32,665 nucleotides of DNA, taken from IMG/VR virus record IMGVR_UViG_3300012231_000033, positions 1 to 32,665 of that record; one strand, written 5' to 3'. Under the pieces are notes generated by a model. It saw nothing but the letters and a program-made list of their open reading frames with translations. It searched no databases and had not been told where the DNA came from. The stretch's first letter is position 1. Each line of letters begins with the position of its first letter. A program made the position numbers and the translations under genes. Below, piece by piece: positions 9,149 to 18,324 of this stretch. The stretch is from a virus (Duplodnaviria > Caudoviricetes).

Positions 9149-9367
9149 TCAATTATCTAGATCCTTTCGCACGAGCACAGTTTTGATCATGCGCCGCAAC
9201 TGCTTCGCACGGGATCGGTGGCGTCGCTCTCCCCGCTTGTCGACTTGTTCAAGGTCTTCCGCAGCAATGTGGAAATGCACGCGCACCATGCACTTCTGTT
9301 GTGCTTTCCGCTTCTCGCTCGATACGACGTGAGCGACCTGGGGTGTCGCTTGGTTCACGCTGTTCAT
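9149..9367 (-). CDS. Ribbon-helix-helix (CopG/Arc-like) regulator, Cro position
   Basis: VRVHFHI strand, AAEDLEQVDKRG helix, SRAKQLRRMI helix; first gene of the leftward operon. Confidence 0.7.
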   Translation of the reverse strand: MNSVNQATPQVAHVVSSEKRKAQQKCMVRVHFHIAAEDLEQVDKRGERRHRSRAKQLRRMIKTVLVRKDLDN

Positions 9368-9394
9368 CTAGCAAAGGCTCGTTGAATCTAGCAA
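9366..9394. promoter_or_regulatory. Candidate operator: direct repeat ATCTAGCAA x2
   Basis: ATCTAGCAA at 9366-9374 and 9386-9394, 20-bp spacing, in the divergent intergenic region. Confidence 0.5.
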
Positions 9395-9421
9395 TAGCTT
9401 AAACGGGAAGGGTGTGCCGGA

Positions 9422-9727
9422 ATGTTCAAAAAGAAGCGGAAATTGAAGGCCAAAACGAAGGTCGATCCAGCCGGCAAAGCCCAGGTTCAATACCGGGACA
9501 CGCCGGAAGCGGTTGATTGCCTCAGGCTGCTTTGTGAGAAATCAGCCCTGAGCCCCAGCGTGCTTTTCGGGACGTTGTTGAGGGCTCACGCGAAAATTGA
9601 AGGTGACGACGGATCCGAGTCGCCAAAGCACGCCGTGAGGCTGGCCAAGCTCAAGGGCGTCATCAGTGGCCTCGGGTTAAATCGCGAGAAAGGGAAGCTT
9701 TTCGGCGATGACCACAACGAGGACTGA
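9422..9727 (+). CDS. Putative repressor, RHH-like
   Basis: Divergent from the lytic operon; AQVQYRD-TPEAVDCLRLLC-SPSVLFGTLL fits strand-helix-helix; basic N-terminal arm. Confidence 0.5.
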   Translation: MFKKKRKLKAKTKVDPAGKAQVQYRDTPEAVDCLRLLCEKSALSPSVLFGTLLRAHAKIEGDDGSESPKHAVRLAKLKGVISGLGLNREKGKLFGDDHNED

Positions 9728-9745
9728 TTGGCCCCACATTGGCCC
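9727..9745 (+). repeat. Putative integrase arm-type sites, left arm
   Basis: ATTGGCCC at 9727-9734 and 9738-9745. Confidence 0.6.
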
Positions 9746-9781
9746 TGCTTTCATAAGGCATTGTGAATCAATGCAGTTTCG

Positions 9782-9830
9782 CAGGCTCATAACCTGAAGG
9801 TCCCTGGTTCAAATCCAGGCCCCGCAACCA
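9782..9830 (+). other. attP core: 3' half of tRNA-Met(CAT), initiator-like
   Basis: CAGG-CTCATAA-CCTG anticodon arm, CCTGG-TTCAAAT-CCAGG T-arm, CCCCGCA-ACCA end; no D-arm or 5' acceptor strand upstream; next to integrase. Confidence 0.9.
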
Positions 9831-9847
9831 ATTTCGGTTCATCGAAG

Positions 9848-9882
9848 AACCCCTGAAAATCGCAAGATTTCAGGGGTTTTTT
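9848..9882 (+). terminator. Intrinsic terminator downstream of the tRNA fragment
   Basis: AACCCCTGAAAATC-GCAA-GATTTCAGGGGTT stem with one bulge, GNRA loop, T-run. Confidence 0.85.
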
Positions 9883-9969
9883 GTTGGATCCGGCCTACTT
9901 GAACCCGACCACAAGTCTTTGCCATGCTTTGAGGATATTGGTGGAAAGAAGCCATTGTGGGTGGTACTG

Positions 9970-9987
9970 GTTGGCCTCCATTGGCCC
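9970..9987 (+). repeat. Putative integrase arm-type sites, right arm
   Basis: GTTGGCCTCC followed by ATTGGCCC, same motif and orientation as the left pair. Confidence 0.6.
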
Positions 9988-10009
9988 GCTTTGGGGCATG
10001 GGAACAACT

Positions 10010-11116
10010 ATGGCAAAGAAAAGAGTCGAGGCCCACCTGGTCATCCGGAAGGGCAAAGATCGGTGGCGAGTCATCATTCCGGCCGACATGAACGTTGGCA
10101 AGGTGGGCGCTGCTCGATACTTCAAGATCAAGACCGACGCCACTGCGTTCGCCCGCGACCTGGAAACGACACGCGGCGGAAACACGGGCGACTTCATGAA
10201 CCTGCCTCAGAGTTCCCAGGCGACATTGATCCGCACGTTGCAGCGGATGGACGGGGACGCGGACCGTGTCGAGGAGGCAGTCGATTATTTCCTGCGCATG
10301 CGTCCCGTCTCATCCGGCAAGCTCGTGCCTCAAGTCGTGGCCGAATGTCTCGAGCAGAAGGCAGCCAGCGGCAAACGGGCGCGATATTTGATCGCCCTCA
10401 GTTCCACCCTTGAGCGTTTCGCTGATGCCCACACCAAAGTCATGATCGAGGATATCGCGCCGATGGAGGTCGAACGCTGGCTGTCGGCCAGTCAATGGTC
10501 CCTCCGGACCCGCCGGGGATACCTGATCGACCTCCGGACCCTGTTCTCATTCGCACTCAAACGGGGCTACGTGACGACCAATCCCGCCGAAGCCGTCGAG
10601 AAACCTACGCCGCCACAGAAGACACCGGGTATCCTCACAGTTCCTGAGTGCCGCCGGTTGTTGGACTGCGCCGCAGAAAAGGACCCCGGACTGATTCCGT
10701 TTCTTGCCATTTCCCTCTTCGCCGGGATGAGACAGTCGGAAGCGAGCAAGGCTCAATGGTCATGGATCAAGGATGGCCTCATCGATGTTCCAGCGGAGAT
10801 CGCCAAAATGCATCGGCGACGATTGGTGCCCATCGTCCCTTGCCTCGGGCAATGGCTTGAACTGAAGGGCGACCTGCCGGTGAGGAACCTGACGAAGCGA
10901 TTGCGCCGGGTGCGGCGCGCGGCGAGCGTGTCATGGCCTCCCAACTGCCTGCGCCATTCGTTCTGCTCGTATGCCGTTCCCACGTTTGGTCCTGGCTGGG
11001 CGGCAAGCGCGGCCGGCCATGAAGAGCGAATGCTCAATCTTCATTACCGGGCAATCGTCAATCCGACTGCTGCCTCCGAGTTCTGGGCGATTCACCCCCC
11101 ATCCTCCAAAGCATGA
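10010..11116 (+). CDS. int: Tyrosine recombinase / phage integrase
   Basis: FAGMRQSE (R), AKM (K), NCLRHSF, AGH, LHYR (Y), TNPA core-binding motif; start likely 10010 or 9998 since the track start at 9881 lies inside attP. Confidence 0.93.
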   Translation: MAKKRVEAHLVIRKGKDRWRVIIPADMNVGKVGAARYFKIKTDATAFARDLETTRGGNTGDFMNLPQSSQATLIRTLQRMDGDADRVEEAVDYFLRMRPVSSGKLVPQVVAECLEQKAASGKRARYLIALSSTLERFADAHTKVMIEDIAPMEVERWLSASQWSLRTRRGYLIDLRTLFSFALKRGYVTTNPAEAVEKPTPPQKTPGILTVPECRRLLDCAAEKDPGLIPFLAISLFAGMRQSEASKAQWSWIKDGLIDVPAEIAKMHRRRLVPIVPCLGQWLELKGDLPVRNLTKRLRRVRRAASVSWPPNCLRHSFCSYAVPTFGPGWAASAAGHEERMLNLHYRAIVNPTAASEFWAIHPPSSKA

Positions 11117-12357
11117 AAAGCCTCATAAACATCATGTTGATAGTCGCGGCCGGCCTGATGGTGCATCCCGCCACGATACCGTACGGGCAAGTGCTCCTGC
11201 TCCTATCGACCGGCCTCATGGTCTTTGGCGCAGAGCCCGCTGAACTGAATCGGGCAGTCGTTGTTGGTGCGGTAGGTGCCGTAGCGGTAGGGGTCGCTGG
11301 GCTCAGTGCCGCATGGGAGAACCTCGACTCCATGGACGTTGCCAGGACACTGCGGAGCCTCGCGATCCCCCTCGCGTGCATGCTGGCCACTATGCTGGGG
11401 TGGAGACGATTCCGAGCAGGTTTGTGGGGCGCAGCCGTCGTCCACGGCCTCGGCTATACGGCCTTGGCAATCGCGACCGTTTATTTCTCTGCGGAGTATT
11501 TTGAGCCAGGGGTGGGAATGGTCGGAGGAGAAGGCAGGAAATTCCAAAAACTCTTCGACCCCATGTCGGTCATCTATGCGCCGGCCCTGTCCAGTATGGC
11601 TTTTGGGGCGGTTGTAGCGGGGGGCGGGTTTTTCCTGTCGAGGAACCGCGTCGTCAGAGTGGTATCGTTGCTTTGCACGGCCGCAATAGTCACGACAGCC
11701 ATGTGGCTGGGTAACAAATCCGCCACCTATTCGGTCGTGGTGTGTTCGATTTTGGCCTACCTCGTGGCGTCTCGCGGAGCCGGTTCCCTTACGCTCAAGG
11801 CGCTGGTAATCGTGGGCTCAATGGTGATGGCATGGGCCGCATTCTCGGAACGGTTCGCGGACTCAAAACGAATGGCCAGGCTCACTGATGATTGGGATTC
11901 CAGTTTTACTGGACGCACGGCTGTGTGGCGCGATGCCTTACCGGATGTCGGGCGTTACCCATTCGGCGTCACAATCGAGCGCTGGCAAGACGAGCTTGGG
12001 TTTTCGGAGCACAACACCCCACTGCAAGTCATCCGAGTTTTCGGATGGATCCCGGGCTCGATCTTCGCGATGGGCTATTGCGTGCTGGCCCTAACACCTT
12101 TCTTGCTTTGGAGGATGGGGGGGCCTTACCGATCGCGCTACGCCCCATTCGTGATAGCGGCGGCATGGCCGTGCTGCATCATTTCGGGCGTGGAATCGGT
12201 CGCAATGGGCCCGTCGGGCACGATGTACGGGTTATGCGCCATGACGGGATTTTGCATCATACACGCCACCGCTAAGCACAGTGAGGAACCAATCACCAAG
12301 CGGGCAGTAAAGAAGGACGCCAGCTTTCACCACAACCCGAACTTGGCCCGAAGATAG
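11113..12357 (+). CDS. O-antigen ligase/Wzy_C-family polytopic membrane protein
   Basis: About 10-12 hydrophobic segments; loop TGRTAVWRDAL...PFG...HNTPLQV...FGWIPG matches the R..W...HN..LQ...G..G pattern. Confidence 0.75.
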   Translation: MKSLINIMLIVAAGLMVHPATIPYGQVLLLLSTGLMVFGAEPAELNRAVVVGAVGAVAVGVAGLSAAWENLDSMDVARTLRSLAIPLACMLATMLGWRRFRAGLWGAAVVHGLGYTALAIATVYFSAEYFEPGVGMVGGEGRKFQKLFDPMSVIYAPALSSMAFGAVVAGGGFFLSRNRVVRVVSLLCTAAIVTTAMWLGNKSATYSVVVCSILAYLVASRGAGSLTLKALVIVGSMVMAWAAFSERFADSKRMARLTDDWDSSFTGRTAVWRDALPDVGRYPFGVTIERWQDELGFSEHNTPLQVIRVFGWIPGSIFAMGYCVLALTPFLLWRMGGPYRSRYAPFVIAAAWPCCIISGVESVAMGPSGTMYGLCAMTGFCIIHATAKHSEEPITKRAVKKDASFHHNPNLARR

Positions 12358-13151
12358 GCATGGACGGCGGCAAGTTCTGTTGACGTCAACTTCCGGTTGT
12401 AGACGATCAATTCGGCGAGGCGCCCGACCCATGCGTTGCCTCCAGCGCCATCGGCACCAAGCCTCATACGTTGCGACGCCAGTGCCTGCGAGTTTCCGGC
12501 CGTACTAAATGAGGCGTTGGTATAAGAGGCGACGCCATTGGTGTAGAGGAACAGGTCGGCCGCGCTGTAATCGACGAGAACCGTCGAAGCATAGAAACTG
12601 CTGCCTGCATTGCCGTTGGTGTTCCCGACATAGGAATCGGCATCCAACCGCCTGCCATCAGCCCGGAGATCTCCGTTGAATTCGCCGATCAGTGAACGTG
12701 TCGCGGTTGTGCTGGCTCCCGTGGAAACGAAGAGAAGGATCCGTAGGAATGCCGAGGTCAGCGTTCTCTGATGAACGGCGACGACGGTCATCCCTGCCAC
12801 ATTCGACGAGATGCCATGGGCGCTTGGTGGGAATTGAAGCCACTGGTTCGTCGCAAAGAAGAGAGCGTTGTACCCGTTTAGGACGCTGTTGGTGACGTAG
12901 GGCCTGGCGGTTCCCTGGTTCGTTGGGCTGTAATCATTCCCGCTGCTGTCGGTCCATGGGCTCGTTGCCGTTCCGTTGGCCCCGGCCAGTGATTCAGCTT
13001 TAAGCCAGATTTGCAGGTTGCTGATGGTGGACGGATCCGAAGGGGCCCCCGCCGCTGCATTCAATTTGCTGACGAAGCCAGGGCTCCGCAGACCGAATTG
13101 CGCATGGGCCGAGAACGCGCAAAGGAAGATGAGTAGGAACGGTTTCATCAT
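12327..13151 (-). CDS. LamG/concanavalin A-like protein with Sec signal peptide
   Basis: Start MMKPFLLIFLCAFSAHA-Q overlapping upstream stop; LQIWLKAESL, WTDSSGN, GRLAELIVYNRKLT...YLRAKFG. Confidence 0.8.
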   Translation of the reverse strand: MMKPFLLIFLCAFSAHAQFGLRSPGFVSKLNAAAGAPSDPSTISNLQIWLKAESLAGANGTATSPWTDSSGNDYSPTNQGTARPYVTNSVLNGYNALFFATNQWLQFPPSAHGISSNVAGMTVVAVHQRTLTSAFLRILLFVSTGASTTATRSLIGEFNGDLRADGRRLDADSYVGNTNGNAGSSFYASTVLVDYSAADLFLYTNGVASYTNASFSTAGNSQALASQRMRLGADGAGGNAWVGRLAELIVYNRKLTSTELAAVHAYLRAKFGLW

Positions 13152-14110
13152 TCTTCCTTGGCGATGCCGAAGGTCACGCCGGATTCCGCCGTCCCGATGC
13201 ACATGGCCGAGACCAGGACGACCTTGTTTGCCGGGATCGTAGCAATGTTGGTCCCGAGTCTCTTCCATGTGGCCGGCCACGAGAGAGTGCGGTCGACGCT
13301 GTCTCCGGCCAGGCGCATCACCGAATAGAGGACATTGGTCGCATTGCCGGGCCGATTGGTCGACTGCAACAGATTGACGTTGTTCGTGACGCTGAAGGTC
13401 AAAGCCGAGTACGCGAAATCGAGGACATGGTTCGTCGCAGCCGCGGGTACACTCGGCAGGACATTGAGGAGGGTCGATGGTGGAACAAGGGACGCCAGGT
13501 GCGCGTTGAGCCCTGGAATCATGTTCGTCGTGATCTGTTTGAAGGTCCCGTCGCCGCTGAAGAAGTTGCTCGAGGTGCCGCCGGTCAGATTGGCGACCGT
13601 GGTGAGGTTGCCGTTGGTTGCCTGATACATTGCCGGATTCGCGGCCAGGGCGGTGAGCGCCGCATTGGTGGACTGCCAGAGGTTCGACGCGACGAGGGCA
13701 GCCTGGGCGTTCGTGATGTCGGTTAGCCTGGCGATGCTGGCGTCGATCGAGGCCGCGCCCACGATGCCCGTCAATCCAAGGGTGCCGGCGAGTGTGATGG
13801 GTGAGCCCGAGAAGGAGAGCCCCGCCACGGCCGAGGTGGCGCCAACGCTCGTCACGGTACCGGAGCCGCCTCCTCCGCCACCGATGGCCTCGAGCGTGCC
13901 GCCATTATTGGTCAGGCCTGAACCGACCAGGTTGGAAAGCGATTGCCCTCCGATGGAGAGGAGCCGGACAACGCTGATGTTGGAAACCGAAAGCGTTCCC
14001 CCGATGGCGCCCGTCGGAAAGAAGACCGACAAGTCCGACTCGTTGATGAGGAGGGGAAGCTGCGCCCGGACTGGCAGGGCGAAGAGGAGGAGAGCGAGGA
14101 GAGTTCTCAT
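13148..14110 (-). CDS. Tail-fibre-like protein with Sec signal peptide
   Basis: MRTLLALLLFALPVRA-Q; GGGGGSGTVTSV and FSGDGTF fibre-type motifs; C-terminal RTLSWPATWK. Confidence 0.7.
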   Translation of the reverse strand: MRTLLALLLFALPVRAQLPLLINESDLSVFFPTGAIGGTLSVSNISVVRLLSIGGQSLSNLVGSGLTNNGGTLEAIGGGGGGSGTVTSVGATSAVAGLSFSGSPITLAGTLGLTGIVGAASIDASIARLTDITNAQAALVASNLWQSTNAALTALAANPAMYQATNGNLTTVANLTGGTSSNFFSGDGTFKQITTNMIPGLNAHLASLVPPSTLLNVLPSVPAAATNHVLDFAYSALTFSVTNNVNLLQSTNRPGNATNVLYSVMRLAGDSVDRTLSWPATWKRLGTNIATIPANKVVLVSAMCIGTAESGVTFGIAKEE

Positions 14111-14775
14111 GTGGGTTGACCGACTCTGAGGTTATAAACGCCGCCGATCTTGATAACCGTGATGGTGACCACATCGCCTTCGGTCGTTCTCAGCTTCAAC
14201 TCGGTGCCGATGAGGCCCTGATACCTCGCATCACCTCGAGCGTTGGTCAGGTACTGCGCATGATCATCGTCCGCCAGGCCTGTAAGGGCCCCGTGATCGG
14301 TGACGCCGCCGCCGCTCGAGGAGACGGGAATGATCGGGATGGGCACCGTCGTGAGCGTCGCCGAGATGGGACTGCACGCACTTGCGCCTGAGACCAGGCC
14401 ACCGGCGTAGAGCGGTGTCGTGATGGCGCCTTGCCCACCGCGGGCCGAGTCGGGCGTGACGTTCAGTTGATACTTCAGCGGCGTGAAGACGCGGCCGTCG
14501 GCCAGGAGGATCTGGACATCTGAGACGACCGTGCCCTGGAGGATGGCGGTCTTGGCCTTGGTGAGGGAGACCGTCACGATGGCCTCGGTTGCCGTCGCTT
14601 CGGTGGTGATGTCGGCCGCGGTGAGCAATGCACCATTGGGCGTTTCGCGGATGTCGCTCGAGGCCACGCAGCCGGTGAAGTCGACGGGATCGATACCGGG
14701 ATCTGCGGCCGTCACCGTCAGGATGAAGCCAGGCCAAGTGTCGCCGCGGTGCAGGCTGAATTGTCGGTTTATCAT
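14107..14775 (-). CDS. Baseplate-upper (BppU-like)/fibre attachment protein
   Basis: HRGDTW...VDFTGC...SDIR...VSLT...SDVQI pattern; DHGALTGLADDDHAQY fibre motif; start moved to 14775. Confidence 0.65.
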   Translation of the reverse strand: MINRQFSLHRGDTWPGFILTVTAADPGIDPVDFTGCVASSDIRETPNGALLTAADITTEATATEAIVTVSLTKAKTAILQGTVVSDVQILLADGRVFTPLKYQLNVTPDSARGGQGAITTPLYAGGLVSGASACSPISATLTTVPIPIIPVSSSGGGVTDHGALTGLADDDHAQYLTNARGDARYQGLIGTELKLRTTEGDVVTITVIKIGGVYNLRVGQPT

Positions 14776-14776
14776 G

Positions 14777-14926
14777 TCATTTGGGATCGAGGGTGATCCG
14801 GTGCGCCCGGTTGTTGGTGCCTTCCTGGCTGACGGAGTCGGTCCGCGTGTAGCTGCCATGACGGCCGACCCAGACGCAGCCGGCGAGGGCTGTGATGCCG
14901 ACCAGGATGACGATCCGGCGGATCAT
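14777..14926 (-). CDS. Small lipoprotein (49 aa)
   Basis: MIRRIVILVGITALAG-C lipobox; ATGA overlap with the upstream tail gene. Confidence 0.7.
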   Translation of the reverse strand: MIRRIVILVGITALAGCVWVGRHGSYTRTDSVSQEGTNNRAHRITLDPK

Positions 14927-17900
14927 AAGGCCTCGAGGTCGGCCGGCACGATGTGCAGATCCCAGACGTGATGGTTGTCCGGGTAGGTCGGCGTCGAACT
15001 GCCCGCCAGGGCTCCAATCTCCACCCGCCCGCCAGCGGCCACGGTCAACCATTTGGCCCGCGCGCCATCGCCTGGCAGGACAAGCGCGCTGCTCCACTCG
15101 CGAAGCGTGACAGCGCTCGGTCCGGTGTCATCGATCCCGCGGTCCTCGCTCATCAGCTTGCGCCACGGGATAGCCATGACACTTGCGGTGAGGCCGGTGC
15201 GGGCAATTAGGTCTGCTGACCACAAAATGCCACTCTCGTTCCCAGCGTCGGTTAAAACCCCGTCGTTGTTCCATTCTCCGCGCTGATATCGTTCGATGGC
15301 ATCAGCCGTTGTGCCGGACGACGGCTCAACCCGCCGGACAGAGAAGTCCCCGCCTCCGAGGTTTCGGATGTGGATCTGCGCCCGCATGGGACGTTCCGGC
15401 GCCATCTTGAACCGCACTTGAGGGACAACCTGAAGGGTCGGATCGTCCGTTTCTGGGATCGGAACCGCCACCGTCCGCGTGATGGTGTGGCGGAACCAGT
15501 CCCCGGGGACGTCGAGAGAAGACCCGGAGAATGTGTCCGTCTCCACCTCGAGAGACTCCGACGGAATGACGGTCGCGATGGTCGCCGCTTGGACGAACCG
15601 CGCGACGTTGAAGGCGAAGCCCAGCGGAGACAGCGCGTCGTGGATATCGTCCGGGGTGCAGTACTCGATTGCATCCCCGATGTCTGCCCACGCCCCAGGC
15701 CGCTCCGACTCGTCAACGTCATCGTCTTCGACCCCGAATCCGGTGAACGGAAACGGAAGCTCAGAGCGCGCGTAGAACTTCCGCAGCGCGATGGTTTGAA
15801 GCTCTTGGAGCGTCTCAGACACCGCGGTGCGCCGCGTGATGCCGAGCGCGTCCAGGGCGGCGTCAGTCGTTGAATCGACCCCGTAAACGTGAGCGGCGCC
15901 GTAAGGTTGCAGGTTGTCGTTGCTGGTGCCTCCAAGCCCTAGGTCCCATCCCTGCCAATACGTCAGGTCATCGAACGAGAACCCATGGACGTAGTTTTCC
16001 CACCCGCACGGCCGGACGTGGGTGATGCCGTCAACCAAGGCCGCCAGGCTGTTGAACGTCGCGGCCGTCATGCGGATTTGCATCCCGACGTTGAACTCAT
16101 CGGTGCGGATATCCGGCCCAAGCCCGCCGATGTCCGCGTTGTCGAAACAATCCACGTTGGCCACGCTCCACGGATCACCGGCCGCGACCGGAGCACCGGC
16201 AAGAACTTGGTCCGCCAGCCAGCCGTGGTCGCGGATCTTCCATGGATGCGGTCCGGTCTCGGGCTTCCCGTCGTAGGTATCGGCGGAGCCTGGCGGCTTC
16301 GAGTTCTGCGCGAACACCCGCCAGAACGACATGCCTGACATGACCTCCCCGGATGGCTCGTCGGCGATCGGAGTGTATCCGTCCCCGGCGTAATTCCACG
16401 TCCAGTCTGCGCCTGACGCCGCGCCGGCGCCGCCATCGACGCGCCAATGGGTGACCGTGGTTGAACCAGTGCCGGGAATCAGCGGGGTCCAGATGATCTC
16501 CTCAGCGCCGTGCATTCCGAGAGCGTCCCACGACGTCTGAGGGTCGGCCCCGATGGTGGGCAGCATGACGAGTTGCCACCGAGGCTCCGCCCAATCGTTC
16601 CCGCCGTCGGCCGGAGCCCCCAGTCCGATCGGCTGACCGGCGACGTACAGGCCTGGCCCCTCGCCTGAGTTCGGCGTAATGGGCGTGGCGTTGTCCCACG
16701 TGGGGTCGTCGTCGGCGCTCCACCACGACACCGTCTCCTCTGCCACCACCGCGGTGAACACTGGGTGAATGACGAGGCGCGCGAAGTCACGTTGGCCATC
16801 GAGTTGCACCAGGGACAGTCCGTCGCCGACAGTCGTGCGGAAGAAATTCCACGGGCTTACGCTTCCGATCGACGTTGACCCCCACTCCGCGACCCATTCG
16901 CGGGCCTCGATGTCGCTGCCGTCTTGCGCCCAAGATCCGCAGTAGTCCGTGTCGGCGCCCCCGCCAAGCGGCGTCCACGTCCCGTTCTTCCAGTAAGTCG
17001 AACCTGACGACTTGGTCACCTCGTAGGCGGGCCAAAGGAACAACCCAGCGAACCACTCGTCCGCAGCGGTGGCGTCCACGAACCACGGGATGAGGGTCCG
17101 GCTGCTGCTGACCGGCACGACAATTCCACCCGTCAGATTGGTCCCACGGGAAATCAAGTCGTAGGCCCAGTCCTCGCCGGTGTCTGGCGGCGGGAACCCG
17201 GAATCCGGCTCGATCACCACGCCGCGGGTTGTGTCGTCGTGCGAGACCGTCAGTCCGATTGCCTCGAGGTCATCGACCAGTTGCTCCGCGGTGACGCCAT
17301 CGAGCACCTCGCCGGAATACGTGAAGGTGTAGGTGTCGGCCGCGTCCGGGTCATCGGTGCGAGTTCGAATGACGTCGAAGGTGCCGTTCTGGATTGTCGC
17401 CGCGGCGAGCAAGCCCTCGTCTCCCGGGACCGTAAGGACGTCGTTGATGGTCGAACTGAACAGCCCTGGTCCATCGGCCAAGGCTTGCGGCCGGAACATG
17501 GATTGGATGAGTGCGACTCGGAAGATGGGGTTGGCGTTCTGGCTCCGGAGCGGCCGGTTCGCCATGTGGATTGTTGAGCCGTCCCAGATTGGCACGTCCC
17601 CCGGCAACGCCTTCGGGAAATAGTGCCGCTCGTCCGTGTTCCACAACGCGGTGCGCGATGTTCGCCGGATGCACCGGACTCCCATGGACGGCACCGCGAG
17701 CGTCTCCTCGTCGCTGAGGTTCACCGTCACCGCGTGAAGCGAAAGGTTGTGGACTCGGATCACCCCGTACTTGTCGTGGAACCAATCGAACTCCGTGGCA
17801 GCGGAAGCCTCAATGAACACGTCCGCCAACGCGTACCGATGGAACCGCTCGTGCTCGTAGGCGGCGCCGTATCGGAGCGGCAATGTGACAGTCCCAAGGT

Positions 17901-18318
17901 CAATGTCAGTGTCCTCGCGCTCGAGCACGGACGCCGCGTCTCCACCAGCGTACACGTCCTCGCTGTAATCGGTGGTGGTGATCCACGAATAGCCGTTGCC
18001 GTCCGGCCCGGTGATGGTCAGCGCAGCGGCCGCGGCCACGTGCGCATCGTGGTCGTACTGCTCCGGCCAGTTCCCGCCGTCCGGCGCCCCCGGGGTCCCC
18101 GGCACCGGAATGACGACCCTGTCCGCGTCATCACTGAGGACGTACACGGCGCCGCCAGGGGGAACCTGCTGCGCTGGGAGTGGGGCTGTGTTGAAGGCGT
18201 ACCAGGACCGGTTGCCGTTAAAAAGTCGGCCCAGGATGCGGTCGCATTCGGCGAGGAGCGCGTCGAGTTGCGAGGCTAACACCGGATCCCCGAAACCAAG
18301 TGACGGGATGTCCGGCAT
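14923..18318 (-). CDS. Large acidic tail tip/baseplate protein
   Basis: 1131-aa ORF rich in D/G/T/W downstream of the tape measure; function from position only. Confidence 0.6.
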   Translation of the reverse strand: MPDIPSLGFGDPVLASQLDALLAECDRILGRLFNGNRSWYAFNTAPLPAQQVPPGGAVYVLSDDADRVVIPVPGTPGAPDGGNWPEQYDHDAHVAAAAALTITGPDGNGYSWITTTDYSEDVYAGGDAASVLEREDTDIDLGTVTLPLRYGAAYEHERFHRYALADVFIEASAATEFDWFHDKYGVIRVHNLSLHAVTVNLSDEETLAVPSMGVRCIRRTSRTALWNTDERHYFPKALPGDVPIWDGSTIHMANRPLRSQNANPIFRVALIQSMFRPQALADGPGLFSSTINDVLTVPGDEGLLAAATIQNGTFDVIRTRTDDPDAADTYTFTYSGEVLDGVTAEQLVDDLEAIGLTVSHDDTTRGVVIEPDSGFPPPDTGEDWAYDLISRGTNLTGGIVVPVSSSRTLIPWFVDATAADEWFAGLFLWPAYEVTKSSGSTYWKNGTWTPLGGGADTDYCGSWAQDGSDIEAREWVAEWGSTSIGSVSPWNFFRTTVGDGLSLVQLDGQRDFARLVIHPVFTAVVAEETVSWWSADDDPTWDNATPITPNSGEGPGLYVAGQPIGLGAPADGGNDWAEPRWQLVMLPTIGADPQTSWDALGMHGAEEIIWTPLIPGTGSTTVTHWRVDGGAGAASGADWTWNYAGDGYTPIADEPSGEVMSGMSFWRVFAQNSKPPGSADTYDGKPETGPHPWKIRDHGWLADQVLAGAPVAAGDPWSVANVDCFDNADIGGLGPDIRTDEFNVGMQIRMTAATFNSLAALVDGITHVRPCGWENYVHGFSFDDLTYWQGWDLGLGGTSNDNLQPYGAAHVYGVDSTTDAALDALGITRRTAVSETLQELQTIALRKFYARSELPFPFTGFGVEDDDVDESERPGAWADIGDAIEYCTPDDIHDALSPLGFAFNVARFVQAATIATVIPSESLEVETDTFSGSSLDVPGDWFRHTITRTVAVPIPETDDPTLQVVPQVRFKMAPERPMRAQIHIRNLGGGDFSVRRVEPSSGTTADAIERYQRGEWNNDGVLTDAGNESGILWSADLIARTGLTASVMAIPWRKLMSEDRGIDDTGPSAVTLREWSSALVLPGDGARAKWLTVAAGGRVEIGALAGSSTPTYPDNHHVWDLHIVPADLEAL

Positions 18319-18324
18319 ATAGTT

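Noticed and set aside
9755-9830. Complete phage-encoded tRNA-Met
   Set aside because: The upstream sequence has no 5' acceptor strand complementary to CCCCGC and no D-arm; only the 3' half is present
9881-10009. N-terminal extension of the integrase in the ORF track
   Set aside because: It starts at a TTG inside the terminator T-run and spans the attP arm sites; ATG at 9998 or 10010 is more plausible
13148-14110. Canonical N-x-S/T sequons as the explanation of the Asn pattern
   Set aside because: About 5 such sites by hand count versus 14 [T/S]-N sites in this protein; the preceding residue is the stronger signal
12327-18318. Diversity-generating retroelement or invertible fibre cassette
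   Set aside because: No reverse transcriptase, template/variable repeat pair or invertase was seen
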